DNA from: Setoptus koraiensis
Taxonomy: Eukaryota; Animalia; Arthropoda
Reading direction: 5' to 3'
DNA: 64,000 nt
NCBI GenBank assembly: GCA_048013815.1
Contig: CM106585.1
Span: forward strand, 3,782,001-3,846,000
Below, piece by piece: positions 1 to 12,769 of this stretch. The notes under the pieces are model-generated. The model was not told where the DNA came from, ran no database searches, and was given only the letters and a program-made list of their open reading frames with translations. The stretch's first letter is position 1; every line of letters starts with the position of its first letter. The position numbers were made by a program, and so were the translations under genes.

Positions 1-791
1 AATAATTGATTATTGGGGTTACTTGATTTCGACAGTACTAGCAGAAGTATAACAGGAGCTACAACGATGCAGTAAATCTTTTTGGCTTGTTTGCTTGATG
101 GCATCGAGATTCGCAAACAGATTTATTTATTTGTATATTCATATTGGTTCAAATTTTTGTTGTTATCACTAATATTACTGGTACATGTACTTGTTGTAGT
201 TAATGTACATGTAGTTGTGGCGTACAAAATGAAAATACAGCTGCTTTTTAATCTCACTTGTCGAAGCTTTCATGGAGAGACTCTTGTATCTATCTTGTGT
301 GTTTGTCTTTTTTGTTCTTTATTATTCAATTACACACGCCAGTACTCGCTACAGTGAGTTTTCGAAACATTCTAGCCAATCGTACCTTTCACCTCTGACC
401 CGCATCCCGGGATGAAATGTGAGGGTTCAATGATAGTGTTATGAGTGCGCAGCAGCTGTTTCTCAGTAAATCTAATCTCTGTTCCAGATTGCGACAAAGC
501 TTGTCAGTAATATCAGAGAGATTACTCAAAAGTGAAAATCGTCCAAAGAAATGTCTGGATAAGAACTTCGACGTTCTCAAAAGTGCCACACTCAATGGAG
601 TGTTGCTCACTATATCGACCTTGGCACTCTATGGTAAAAGGTAAGATTGGTCAGGAACAAGATTTAGTGTCCGATGGTCAGATATTTGCGATGATGGATT
701 ATTGTTATCTATATGACAGTCTAACGACAGTGTCGGAATGATATACACAATGAGCTATATGTTGGATAAACAATACAAAGTGCGAATATAA

Positions 792-1670
792 TTATGAAAG
801 ATGACTACTGATATTACACTTCTTATGGCCCGTTTCTTCGGGTAGAACAATGAATTCAAAATAGTCTCTCTTCAACGATGTTGGTAACTCTATGTTGAAC
901 ATGTCTGAATTTTCTTTGAGTTGGTTCCTCAATGCAACAAAGCAGCGTTCTCGAAGATTGAGGAATGGCTCAACTAGATAGATGTTTCTTCTGTGACGAC
1001 TGTGTTCATGTTCGTGATTTTTCACAGAACATCTATATATGTTTGTCGATGATATTGCTTGATGATCGTCACTTATTGAGAATTTTGCACTTCCAGTCAT
1101 ATGTGGGCAAGACCGACCATGCTCCAAAGTGCGGCAATGATGGCATCTTAAATTCTCCAAAATCCAAGAGGATTGGTTTGTTTGGCGTACTTGTTGATCC
1201 TGAGATTTGGAGGTGTCCAAAGCGTCTTCTGGTACGGCTAATAATTGAATTGATTGCGGATTGTCTTCGCCAGATCTGAATATCCATAGATGAGAAACGT
1301 AGGTGTTGACATCAACAAAGTCGCCCAATTTCAAAAATCGTGCATACTCTATAAGGCGTCCCTTGAAGTCTACCCAATAAATTACAACTTTATGCGATGT
1401 ACAGTTCACAAATTTAATCTGACATTTGGCCTCGCGTTCGCTTTGAGGTTTCGATTTGTAGACTTTGCGTAAGTTAGCATAAATGGGATCAATAACTTTT
1501 GATTGAGGCGTAAGGCTGGCGGTTTCGGTGTTGTTTTGTGGCAATTTGTTTGTATTATTGTTAGTGTTGTGTGACGGTGAATTGTGATTGTGTCCATGGT
1601 CACTATTGTCACTATTGCTATTACTATTATTGTGCTGAACGTCAGTGTGGTCAATTGAATCTATGGCCAT
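792..1670 (-). CDS. VHL: von Hippel-Lindau (VHL)-like E3 ligase substrate receptor, single exon, 292 aa
   Basis: ATG at 1670. VHL beta-domain match (QIKFVNCTSHKVVIYWVDFKGRLIEYARF...VNTYVSHLWIFRS) and a C-terminal BC/VHL box (LRERCFVALRNQL...LPTSLKRDY). The N-terminus is N/H/S-rich and low-complexity. Confidence 0.85.
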   Translation of the reverse strand: MAIDSIDHTDVQHNNSNSNSDNSDHGHNHNSPSHNTNNNTNKLPQNNTETASLTPQSKVIDPIYANLRKVYKSKPQSEREAKCQIKFVNCTSHKVVIYWVDFKGRLIEYARFLKLGDFVDVNTYVSHLWIFRSGEDNPQSIQLLAVPEDALDTSKSQDQQVRQTNQSSWILENLRCHHCRTLEHGRSCPHMTGSAKFSISDDHQAISSTNIYRCSVKNHEHEHSRHRRNIYLVEPFLNLRERCFVALRNQLKENSDMFNIELPTSLKRDYFEFIVLPEETGHKKCNISSHLS

Positions 1671-3705
1671 TATTATGATGGTAGATTGATACTAATATTT
1701 CTTGTGAGATCATCAACAACGTAATAACCTGTCCCTGATCCTCAATGACTAAATTGAATTGTTTACTAAACTCTCAACGTTGCGATGTTGTCGGTGTGTG
1801 GATGTGTGATCTGGAACGTTGGTGATGTGGATATATTTATAGTGTGAAAAAAAATATGGCCACCAACCGAAAAAGTAGGATGATATAACAAAAATATAAA
1901 TCACGTAAATGGTGATACGATCGTCTATTTGGAACGTGATGGTAATATATAAGTTTCCACAACAATCAGTAGTGCAAGGTAGGTGTATGTAATCGTACAT
2001 GTAATTGACTAATGATCATTGGCTATTGACACAATAAATGCTTACTATCAATAGTACAGTATCAGTTCGCAAGAATGATTTTCCATCCCAAACATTTTCA
2101 GGGAAGTAAGTAAGACACAAAGAAAAGGAAGACAAGAAATGATGAAATGTTTTAATTTCATGTGAAATATCCCCGATTGAATAGAAAATGCACGCCCGCA
2201 TACCCTGACTGTGTGAAAAAACTGTTGAATGATGCAAGCGATGGACGACATCACGAGTCTAAACAAAATGTACAGCGCAGTAACAGGGCTGAACTGTCAT
2301 CGGATTTCAGGTTGCCCCTATAACAGGTTCGAAAATTATCCGTGAGGGCGGCGCTACTTACAAGTTGCTAGCTCTCTATGAGCGCCATTGCGCCGTAACA
2401 TGCACCTCTCGCATGTCGGCGCTAAATCAAACAATCAAAAAAAGAGAACATAAAAATAAAGTTTAATGAAACAGTCTCGTGTTGGCTGCACATTTTCGCA
2501 CGATGCCAGCGCCTCTGGCGGATTTTCTTTGAAACCGATGAAGGGCTATGAAGAAATTGGCACACAGGACAGTGAATATACAATCAGATGGAGGTTAGGG
2601 ACATGACAAACAGGGTAAAACAGTGTTGCTAACACTGTGTGCGAGTGTGATGATGGCAAGCTCGCCAAAATGAAGTGCCATTTCATGTCGCAATTTATCG
2701 AGAATGTGTTCACTTCTTTTCCGTGTGCTCATTATGTAATGCACTGTGCGCAAAGGCGGGGACTTGTCTTTTCATAAGGTGTATTTGTTGGTGGCCGTTT
2801 TTTCTGGACCAGCCAATACATGTACATGTGACGAGTCAGTGACCTAAGGCATCGATAAGACAAAAATGATTGAAACAAAAACGTGAGAGCGCGCTCTCAG
2901 TATTTGGGAAATGTAACTTGTATTCTCCGGTGCACCTCTACCAAATATGTTTCTTTTCACCTGTAGAGATTGTGCAGGGGAAGTCTTGTAATGATTGATA
3001 CATGATTAGAGAGGATAAAACCAAGAGTTGGACGCTATCTCTATGGTGGACTCTCATTTACTCTAATGAGCTTACTACTAAAATACACGAGTAGTCTCCT
3101 AACGAGCTCAGGACTCTCTTACTGGTCATCCTAGTCTCTCGAGTGAGAGTCAGACATACAATGTGGAGATGAATCCACAATAAATTCCGTTATGAAGAAG
3201 CTTGTCGTAGAGGCTACGGAATTCCAAAGAAAACACAGCGGCACAGACTTAGCCGGTTCATCTAAGCGTCCTTGTACTGATTCCGGTTGGCAATTTGGTT
3301 CGTAGATGTATGACGAGGAAGCAAATGTCAACCAAAGCCCTCTTAAGCAGTTGAAGACCAACCTCAGGGAGCTCGAGGTTGTCTAAGTAGCGGAAATAAT
3401 AAGAAAAATCAATCCTGAGAAGATGATTATAAATAATGAATTTTATTTATTGATAAGAAGTGTCTAGTCAGAGTAGATGCCGCAAAATGATTCAAACCTG
3501 GCGCTCAGAATAAAGTGAAAGGTGAATATAGGAAAAGAATCATGTGTTGTATGTTTTGGTGGACGTGACGTTCGATGATCTATTGTTGTAATGTATTTAT
3601 TGATTTAATTATTTTTTCAGTGCCCTTAGATTGCCATCAGATGATTATACAATTTGCAATCATTAGAAAACCGTTAGTATACGAGGACGACAAGATATTA
3701 CGACT

Positions 3706-4968
3706 ATGTCCAATAGTAACTATGAGAAATTAATACGTATAGAGGATGAAGAGATTGACTTTGTAAGTTCCAGTGGCGATGCCGCCTCGTTGCTGGCATC
3801 TCATGCCTATGAGAACTACATTTCCAAGTCGGAGTATCGTCAGAGCTATTTACAAGCGAAATCGCCAATCACAAGGATCTACTACAGATTCAGAGACGTC
3901 TATCATAACACCCCGGACAAACTGAAATACGTGTCACTATTGACATTAACATTTCAGAATGCTGCCTTAAATTTAACTATGCGAAGTGCCAGGACCCAAA
4001 AGGACCAATTCTCTGCTTCAACGGCTGTAATTATGTCTGAATTATTAAAATTAATATCTTGCCTAGTCATGATAAGGCGTGAAGAAGGCTCCACTAAGAA
4101 GGCAATAGACGCCCTGAATAAAAATATCATACACAATGTGAAAGACACTTTGAAAGTTGCAGTTCCATCCATAGTTTATTATGTGCAAAATAATCTCATC
4201 TACATAGGTAGCTCTCATTTAGATGCTGCCACAAGTCAGGTAACTTATCAGTTGAAGATATTAACCACAGCAATATTTTCAGTGCTGATGCTGAAAAAAA
4301 GATTGGCCCATTTTCAATGGGCAGCCCTTCTATTATTATTTATTGGTATTGCAATGGTTGAAAGGGATACGGTAACTGCTAAAAGTTCCCCAAAGGCAAA
4401 AACATCTAATAGCGATAAATTTGGTCCAGAAGATAATTACAACAATGCCACTGTGAAGCCAGCCCAAAACGATGACGACACAAGAGATGAAAATCCATTT
4501 CTTGGTTTCATTGCCTTGCTGGCCGCATGTTGTCTATCTGGTTTCGCCGGTGTCTATTTTGAGAAGATTCTAAAAAGCACAAAACAAGTATCACTTTGGA
4601 TTAGAAATACACAACTGTGTATTGTGGCCATACCATTTGGATTGATTCAAGTATTCTTATATGACTCCAGGCACGTTAATGAGAAAGGATTCTTTTATGG
4701 ATACAGCTTTATAACGTGGATTTGTATCCTGTTACAAGCTCAAGGTGGCTTACTTGTTGCCGTAGTAGTTAAGTATGCCAACAACATCCTCAAAGGATTC
4801 GCCACATCGCTTGCAATTATTATATCGGCCGTGGCTTCAATATTCTTATTTGGATTCCACATAACATTGCAATTCTTCTTTGGCACAACTCTTGTAATAG
4901 CTTCCGTTTTACTGTACAGTAAACCAATACGACCAGTAACATTAGATGTTGCGTCCAGACAAGTTTGA
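3706..4968 (+). CDS. SLC35A: SLC35A2/A3-type nucleotide-sugar (UDP-Gal/UDP-GlcNAc) transporter, intronless CDS, 420 aa
   Basis: Family motifs LKYVSLLTLTFQNAAL, KVAVPSIVYYVQNNL, TYQLKILTTAIFS, FAGVYFEKILK, VVKYANNILKGFATSLAII, and about 10 hydrophobic segments. A pyrimidine tract plus CAG at about 3610-3620 suggests a 5'UTR intron. Confidence 0.93.
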   Translation: MSNSNYEKLIRIEDEEIDFVSSSGDAASLLASHAYENYISKSEYRQSYLQAKSPITRIYYRFRDVYHNTPDKLKYVSLLTLTFQNAALNLTMRSARTQKDQFSASTAVIMSELLKLISCLVMIRREEGSTKKAIDALNKNIIHNVKDTLKVAVPSIVYYVQNNLIYIGSSHLDAATSQVTYQLKILTTAIFSVLMLKKRLAHFQWAALLLLFIGIAMVERDTVTAKSSPKAKTSNSDKFGPEDNYNNATVKPAQNDDDTRDENPFLGFIALLAACCLSGFAGVYFEKILKSTKQVSLWIRNTQLCIVAIPFGLIQVFLYDSRHVNEKGFFYGYSFITWICILLQAQGGLLVAVVVKYANNILKGFATSLAIIISAVASIFLFGFHITLQFFFGTTLVIASVLLYSKPIRPVTLDVASRQV

Positions 4969-5603
4969 CCTCTCAATGTGCAATACTAATCATAATGGAC
5001 GCCCACAACAATAAAGGTTGACACCACCTAATGGGTCTCGCGCGAGAATCTCAATAATTAAAATATAATTGAATTGACTGATGAGTTAAGAAGCTTGCAA
5101 ATGGCAACGTTGATAATTAAACTTAACATTGATTATCAAAATTGGTTGACTAATTGTATTGTTTATGATACAGTATTGAAGGCTCATACAAAAAAGAATC
5201 AGTTCATATTAATGTCATTTTGTTTCCTTTCGAGTTGATTAGATTGTCTTCCTGTGGTGTAGCGTGATACAATTGTGTGTAGGCAATTTGTGCTTTTGAT
5301 TGTACAGTTAGATTGATTATGTAATTTACAACAAGAATATATATTTACACAAATAGTTATGTTGATGATGCTCTCTTATAAACTATATATATATATATAG
5401 ACAGTGCCTGATGTTCCAATAATGCTTCCTGTTGATTGTCTTGATATGTTTCTATGCCTAAAATCACTACGTTTTGTGTTGTTCCATCTTAGTCATAGAA
5501 GATTTTCTCTTTACTTAATTACTTATAAAAGTCTATTTGGCCTCATCAAGTCCTTAGATTTATTTACACTTTTATACAGTTTGTGTATTGTTAGCATGCT
5601 AAA

Positions 5604-8600
5604 TTAATCGCATCTGCTATCCTTGTATCCTGTACTCTTGAAGATGCCATATGTGAAATAGATAAAGAAACCTATTGTCATCCAAACGGCGAATCTTATC
5701 CAAGTCATCACTGCAAATAAAATAGACAGTTAGCAGTTAGTTGAATTGTTGTTTACCTGAGATAATACTGATGACGATTTGAAAATTTCAAAGGGTTTGC
5801 TTACCTGACAAGTTGAGCATTAGATAGGTGTTGATGACGACACTGAATAAAGGTATGGTTGGTACGAGCGGCACCTCGAAGGAATTGGTACTTGGGGTGG
5901 CCATGGGCAAACGGTCTAACAGTATGGTTAATATGATTGTAATAACAATCAGAGAGCTGATCACAGCTATTGGGAGCCAGTCTAGTTCTGGAAGAGTTGG
6001 ACCCCAAACAACGAATGCAAAGTCGAGCAGGGTCGTAACTACCACTGGATGAATAAATGGTTAGGTTTGAAATAAAAAATCAGTGATCGGTTAATTAATT
6101 AGTCGAACATTGACTACTGATTGATTGAGGCGGATTTTGGTTTAATTTTGGTTAGTTAAGATGGCTGTTGAATGGCTTACCTAATAGAAGTATAATGACA
6201 CGAGACACGTGAGTGCTCTGTTCTGTAGGCAAACGGGGCTTGTTGTCTAGGCCTCGTTTTTTGGCATCTAGAAACAATGAAATCAACGATTGAGAAGATT
6301 GTGTTCCCAAAGAGGACACACTATCACCATTGTCCGACGAGCTACTACTAGACGAAGAGCTACTGCTGGTACTGCTACCACTAGCTGACGATGAGGTCGA
6401 CGACGATGCCTGGGCGACATCATCCTGTGTCGATGTAGCCACTTCCGTTGTCGGTGTTTGATTACTGATTTTGTCGATTGTATTTTTCGCAGTAGGCGAT
6501 TTTAAGTGTTCCTTGTTCAATTGTTTGGTGGCCAACACTACATTGTCCATCTTTTGACTGTTATTCACTTTTTGTTGCTGTTTCAATTGTTGTCCGGCAG
6601 TTGGCACTTGTTGTTCGTTGCTGTTGTCAGTGATACTTGTGGTAGTGGTCAGTTTGGCGCCCCCGTTAGTAGTGATGGCTGCCTTTTTTAGATCGTCTTT
6701 TAGAAACATTGGCAACTCTGCATCACAATTTGTCGGCCTCTGGTATTCATATCTCAACAACAAAACCGATATACTAACTAGAGAGTAGGCGGCCAATGTT
6801 CCGATGGACAACATGTCCGCCAGTTGGTCTATTTCTAGCACTGAGGCCAGTATGGCAATGAGAATTCCGCCCATAATAGTGGCAACAATTGGCACCTTGA
6901 ATCGTTTGCTAACAACGGATAAAACTCTGTATATGACGCCATCGCGAGCCATTGCATATAGTATACGTGGCAAAGGAAGGAAGCTACCAACAAAGGACGT
7001 GGATAGGCCGGCCAGTACGCCTATTAGAACGGTCCATTTTGCGATGGGCATGTTCAATTGTTCAAATATGTAGGGCAATGGGGCCGCTTGATGTTGATCC
7101 CAATAGGGCCAGATTAATGTTTGTATGGTGGACATGCAACAATAAGTGACAAATATTATGCCCGATGTCCACAATATACTGTTAGGTATTGCCTTGCGGG
7201 GATTTTTCACTTCTTCCGCTGTGGCGGCTATCCCGTCGAAGCCAACAAATGCAAAAAAGCACGTTCCAGCGCCCGCTATTACCCCAGAGAAACCAAAGGG
7301 CAAGAAGCCTCCCTTGCCCGCAGTGGCGGGTATTTCGGCGGGTGTGAGATTCCAATTGTGAAAATCGGCCTTGAATACACCGCATATAAATATAAATAGT
7401 GCAACGGACAAATTGATGGTGGCGAATGTTATTTGAAACTTAGATGACACTTGCACGCCCAACAGCAGCAAACCGGTCACTAGCATGGTCAAACTGAAAG
7501 ACAACCAATCGAATTGAGTGAGATAGGAACGGGCAAATTCGGGCGCCCATTCAACCGTGTGATTGGCCTGGGGCATGTTAAACAGGGAGCCGAGGTAACC
7601 CGAGTAGCCGCGCGCCAGCGAGGCCGTTCCTAGCGACGGTACAGCATTGATGCGGTGCGAAACATTTGGGAGAGGGAGCGGATAATTATGAGCGGATATT
7701 CATGAATGCACACATCATATACTGCACGAATACACGGATATACGGATATACGGATATACGGATATACGGATATACGGATATACGGATATATGGATATATA
7801 CGGATAACGGATTTGTGTGCGTTGCCAATACTAACCTATTACGTGTTCCAGCGTTAAATTCCAGCCAATGACAAAGGCAACGAACTCGCCCACCTGAGCG
7901 CGTCGTCGTCGTCGGTCAGCAAACAACGAAAGGTGAAGGCACGTAGCGCGCGCAGGCGAAAATATAATGATCAGACAGCGAGATAGGTACAGAGAGAGAG
8001 AGAGAGAGAAACAACAAATTGATTTGGTTACAAATTACGCTATATGCCAACGAACGTCTCACGGCACGTCTATTTGCTGTTGCATACGCTGGTCGTGTCG
8101 TGCCGGGCAATTATAGCGGCTCGCTGGCCGGCGAGACAGCCGGCGCGACACGACCAAGGAATATCCGGCCCGCACACTTACCGTTATGTAGGAATAGGCG
8201 TAGGCCGAGCCACTCTTGGGCACTTTTGCGGCAAATTCCGCATAGCAGAGCTGCATGTATGAATGGACAGAGAGGCAGAGGGATTACGCAATTGTAGTGT
8301 GTCGCTCATGGATTGATAGCACTGTTGTGAAATGGGAGCGATTCGAATCGATTTGCGAACAGATAGATACGGATAATCGAAAATCGATCATGTTGGCGCA
8401 CAATGGACCAATGTGTTGTGCGCCCAAATGGATACTTACTGCTGAGAATGTGCTCGCTATAGCGGCAATCATAAACGACAGCACAACGCCGGGACCTATG
8501 GGTGGTGGGGGGGCGAGGGGGATAAATAAGAGAGCAATGATAGGTGTAAATTGTTATTAGTGATCTTGATTCTGGTCGATCGTTTTATCATCGTTTTCAA

Positions 8601-11600
8601 TGGCCGCACACAATATTGAGCCATCAGTTGGGGCCCGATCATTGAGAGATAAACTTGTTATAGATTATACTTGAACTTGTGTGGTCGCGCCTTGCTGGTC
8701 ACAGGACTCAGGACACAGGAAACTGGAAAGTGGAAAGTGGAATCTTTGCAATTGAAAGCAGCAATTTTGCTCATGTCGCCAACACCGTCTTGAGCCACTC
8801 AGTTGTGTGTGCCCGTCGGGACGAGGCGCAATTGGGGCGCAATTGGGGCCGCCCAAGCGACACATATCTCTGTACATCTGTGTGCAATAAGGGGCCAGAT
8901 AAGGCACCGCATACAAGGCCGGACATAAACACAACAATGATATGCACGGCCTTGGTGGCCGCAACATCAATAGATAATAGATAACGGCCAACAATCTTTT
9001 ATGGGCTGCACAAGCCGTGGGCCCCGAGCTCGAATAAATACATACACTCGGTCGTTATGTGGTGTGCACTCGCACACCGAGGGGCCATCTCATCGATCAA
9101 TGATATATATATATCTGTCCGGCAGCGACACGGGGGACCTTGAGGAGAGGCCAACGAGTATCACTCAAACGGCGCTCTAAACGGCAGCTCCAGATTGTCC
9201 GAATTGAGTCCGAATTGGCGCACCGAGTCCAGTCGCCGCCAAACTGGCCAGTGGCCCCCACTAGACTCACGAGACTCGCTAGATTCGCCAAGCTCACTGT
9301 GCTCACTGGGCCCCATTTTATAGATGATGGCAGACGAAGGAGGAAACCCAAGAAAAGTGTGACGTCACACCATGTCGAGCCGGCCAGTGCCCATTTGCAA
9401 TTGTTAACAAGTGATGCCAAAAGCTGCCAGTTGATCTCTCCAGTTTTGATGTTTAATCATGATCGATGATGGGCCCGCTCGCTGCTCGAGCATGCGGGCC
9501 CGACAGCGCAAAAAACAAAAAATTGCGCCCTCTCAGCGTGCTACGCGATTATACTGAAACTGCAGCGAGCGCTAGCATTCGAGCCATTGGCGCCTCTATC
9601 GGCGTTGCCGGCGCTCTGTCGGGCCCGCCATCTCGGGCCGCTCAAAATGCAGATCGTGGGCGCTAGTGTCAGCTAGTTTCGGCGCGACAAAACAGCCAGC
9701 AGACTCGCCCGGCAGCATCAATGTCAGACCGATGTGACTGGAGCGCGCACTAATCTCTCGAATGCAGATATTTCCTTGCCATACTTCCGTGTGATATCTG
9801 CTCGACTGTCGAGCGGCTCGACAGCGACGGCCAGAAAGGGCCGGCGCTTTTATTGCCGGCTCATAACAATTTATATGAACGCCATAACAAGCGAGCAATG
9901 TCAATCATGAAAAGAATTGTCTGCCCTTTCACCATTCGGTGCTATATTACAATCGTCACCTTGAGCCCGGCAAGGCGGCCCCCAAATTCAAATAATTCCA
10001 ATGATAAACGGCCAATTTATAAGTTGGCCGTATCAACATTGAGAGCCATTCGGTATAGTTATGTGTGTTGTTATGTCGCTCGTGTCGTGTTGTCGCTTCG
10101 GTGTTCATCATAAATGCATCATGTATACTCTACATTGTAGAGGCGCCGTGGAGTGGCCTTGTGATGTGGCCATGGGGCAAACAGGAAGAGCGAAGCGGAA
10201 AAAATAAATTAGATCGCCGGCCTGTTGGCGGGCGAATTTTATTTGCATGCCGCTTGATTGCTTCTCGCGCTTCTGGCGCTGGCTTGGCTGCGGCTGCGGC
10301 TGTTTGGTTGGGGCCAAACAGTGGGCTCAGAAACAAGTGCAGCTGAACTTTGTCAAAAATTGTTTCTCTATGCCCGCTGATTCAGTGGCACCGAGGCAGT
10401 AGCGACTAGCTAGTGGCTGGCACGCGCACAACGAGCGCGTGCAGCCCGAATCGACGCAAAGGCGGGGGCCCCAACACGATGCAAAGACGGGGCCTCGGGG
10501 CTACGTGACACGCATCTGCTAGAGCGGCCCGTGTGCAATGGCGAGCGCGGGGGCGGCTTACATCAGGGGGGACTGGGGCAAGATTAGAGATAAACTGATC
10601 AAGATTTGTCGAATATTTGCCAGTGTCTTAGCGGCGGCGGCCGCGATTTGTTCAATTTGAATTTGCACAAACAACGAACGCGGCATCATTGGTGACAGCT
10701 CCCAAATGGCGACCATCAGACCGAACAAATAAACATTTAATAACATGACAGCACCAGAATAGCAACAATAATAATATTAGCGCACTCCAACAGTCAGCGC
10801 CTCCATCGAGACGCCGCATCATCAAATTTTGCGCGACTTGATTGCCGCAAGGTGAGCCTGAGACCGTCTCACTGAGACGTAACCGGCGGTTGTGGGCGCC
10901 GGCCCCAATGAACGGATTTGTCGTCACGCTCAGTGGGGCCCGCACAATGGCTACAATAGTTGCCGCTGTGCGTCGCTGCTGGTTGCATGCGATTACTTGC
11001 ATAGCGACTTGCAGCGCGATATCGCGGCACAATCGCGCCATTGTAAACTGGCCAGACTGGCCAAACTCACGTGCAGCCATTGTGGGCACCGTCGGCCAGT
11101 TGGCGCCCACAACACGCGCAATAATAACAGAACAGACACACTGTTATTACATCACTGCATAATTGGCATTTGGTGCACACAAAACAGGTGCTCAGGTGTG
11201 TCCGACAATGAGAGCTGTCACTGACAATAGGGCTTTACCTTGTGGGCGACAGCTCTCCACGTGAGTTACGTAACACGTAACAACGCGCGCGTCAAGAGCG
11301 CGTGTGTAACGTGTTTATCGACACAATCAAGCAGCGATTGTGCGACTGTCGCCGACAGTGATTACATGATAAATTGATTTACGAGTGAGGCGGCCGTCAG
11401 CTTGCGGTGCACCGTCCAATGAGTGCTGGCTGGTTGGCTGGCTGGCTGGCCCCATTTATACATGTAGTTGTTGGCGCAGCAGCAGTTAATCAGAATTGCA
11501 ATAATAGTTGCCGCTAATCGGTCGCCAGACTGATTGGCGACATTTCATTGGTTGTATGGGCATGATGGCTGACGGTTGCGTCATTGTGGCCAAATGTTTG

Positions 11601-12769
11601 CACTGTCGCTCTCGGTTGGCTCAAGCGACCGGTTGCGGCTTCTATAATTAGAGAGCGGATAAATGATGGTTAGTTCTTACCCGATGCCATTTTACGTAAC
11701 AGAGTCATATAACACGGTTATGCAACACATTTATGTGACACGGTTATGCAATAAACGGTTATGTAACACGCGGTGTGGCGTAGCCGCGTTTTGTATGCAT
11801 AGTGGCGGATATAGCGGCGTTCATTTTTGTGTCATCATTATCATATCGCGCACGGGCGAGCCGGTAGATGGTCGCGCATCAGACAGCGGCGACATTGGAC
11901 GAAGCGGCATTGCGACGCCGGCGCGCGATTTATCAATTATTGATCTGGCGCCCAGCGATATGGGGCTCCGTATATAACGCTCGGCTACGATACACAAATT
12001 GCGTAACACAATAGAAATCCATTTCCTTGCGGGGCTCGTGATGGGCGACGCGTCAGCCAACCGCGAGACACAAACGGATAAGCATCTGGCGCGACATTTG
12101 GCCGCCACAAGCTGGCCAATTCCAACAAATTGCGCCTGTTGTGGCTAATTTCGCCCTTTATCGCGCCCATCGATCGGCTCGCCAGCCAGCCAGCCAGTCA
12201 GCCAGCCAGCCAGTGTGACGAGCGATCAGCGATAAAAATTTTAGACGGCTCTTGCTCGCGCACCACGAGCAAGAAGAGCCGCACGAGCAAGAAGAGCCGC
12301 ACGAGCGGCCGACGCGCGCCAGCCCACACGCAGATGGCTCACCTGAGATAATGGGAATAATCCATTTAGCGGGCCGGCGGCGTCACGGCGAGCCCATGGT
12401 TAGCTTGCGGCGGCCCAGGAAGGGGCCCGGCGCAGACAGACTGTGGAGCAGACACTTTGGCTCACTCGAAGGGTCGGCTTGTTGTTGTCGGCCGGCTCAA
12501 CAAGCGGCGCAACGGGGGTGTCAGTTCGCTAGACAGTTGATGTGTGTTTGGCACAAAACGATGGGTGACAAAACGAGCGACTCACCTGCTTTTTGGGCCG
12601 CCACCTCGCCAGACAGCACGTAGAGGCCGAAACCGAGGGTGGCGCCCACGCCGAGCGCCGTCAGGTCGAGCGTGTTGAGACAGCGATCGAGGTCGGTGGG
12701 CGCCTCCTCTGTGGTGTCCATGGGTTTTCGGCGCGACAGCGCCCACAAGAAACGTCGGAATTTGCCCAT
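5604..12769 (-). CDS. SLC7/CAT cationic amino-acid transporter (slimfast/CAT-like), 7 coding exons, about 720 aa
   Basis: Exons traced by hand with GT-AG ends and consistent phases: 12769-12586, 8495-8440, 8250-8182, 7893-7836, 7629-6181, 6044-5805, 5710-5604 (2163 nt, in frame). Motifs [62 protein letters not shown] and TWIRFAVWM. Confidence 0.92.
7735..7806. repeat. (CGGATATA)n 8-bp minisatellite within a short SLC7 intron
   Basis: About 8-9 tandem copies read directly from the sequence. Confidence 0.9.

Noticed and set aside
8665-12500. Many 60-150 codon ORFs inside the first SLC7 intron
   Set aside because: No domain matches, overlapping on both strands, and consistent with GC-rich non-coding DNA.
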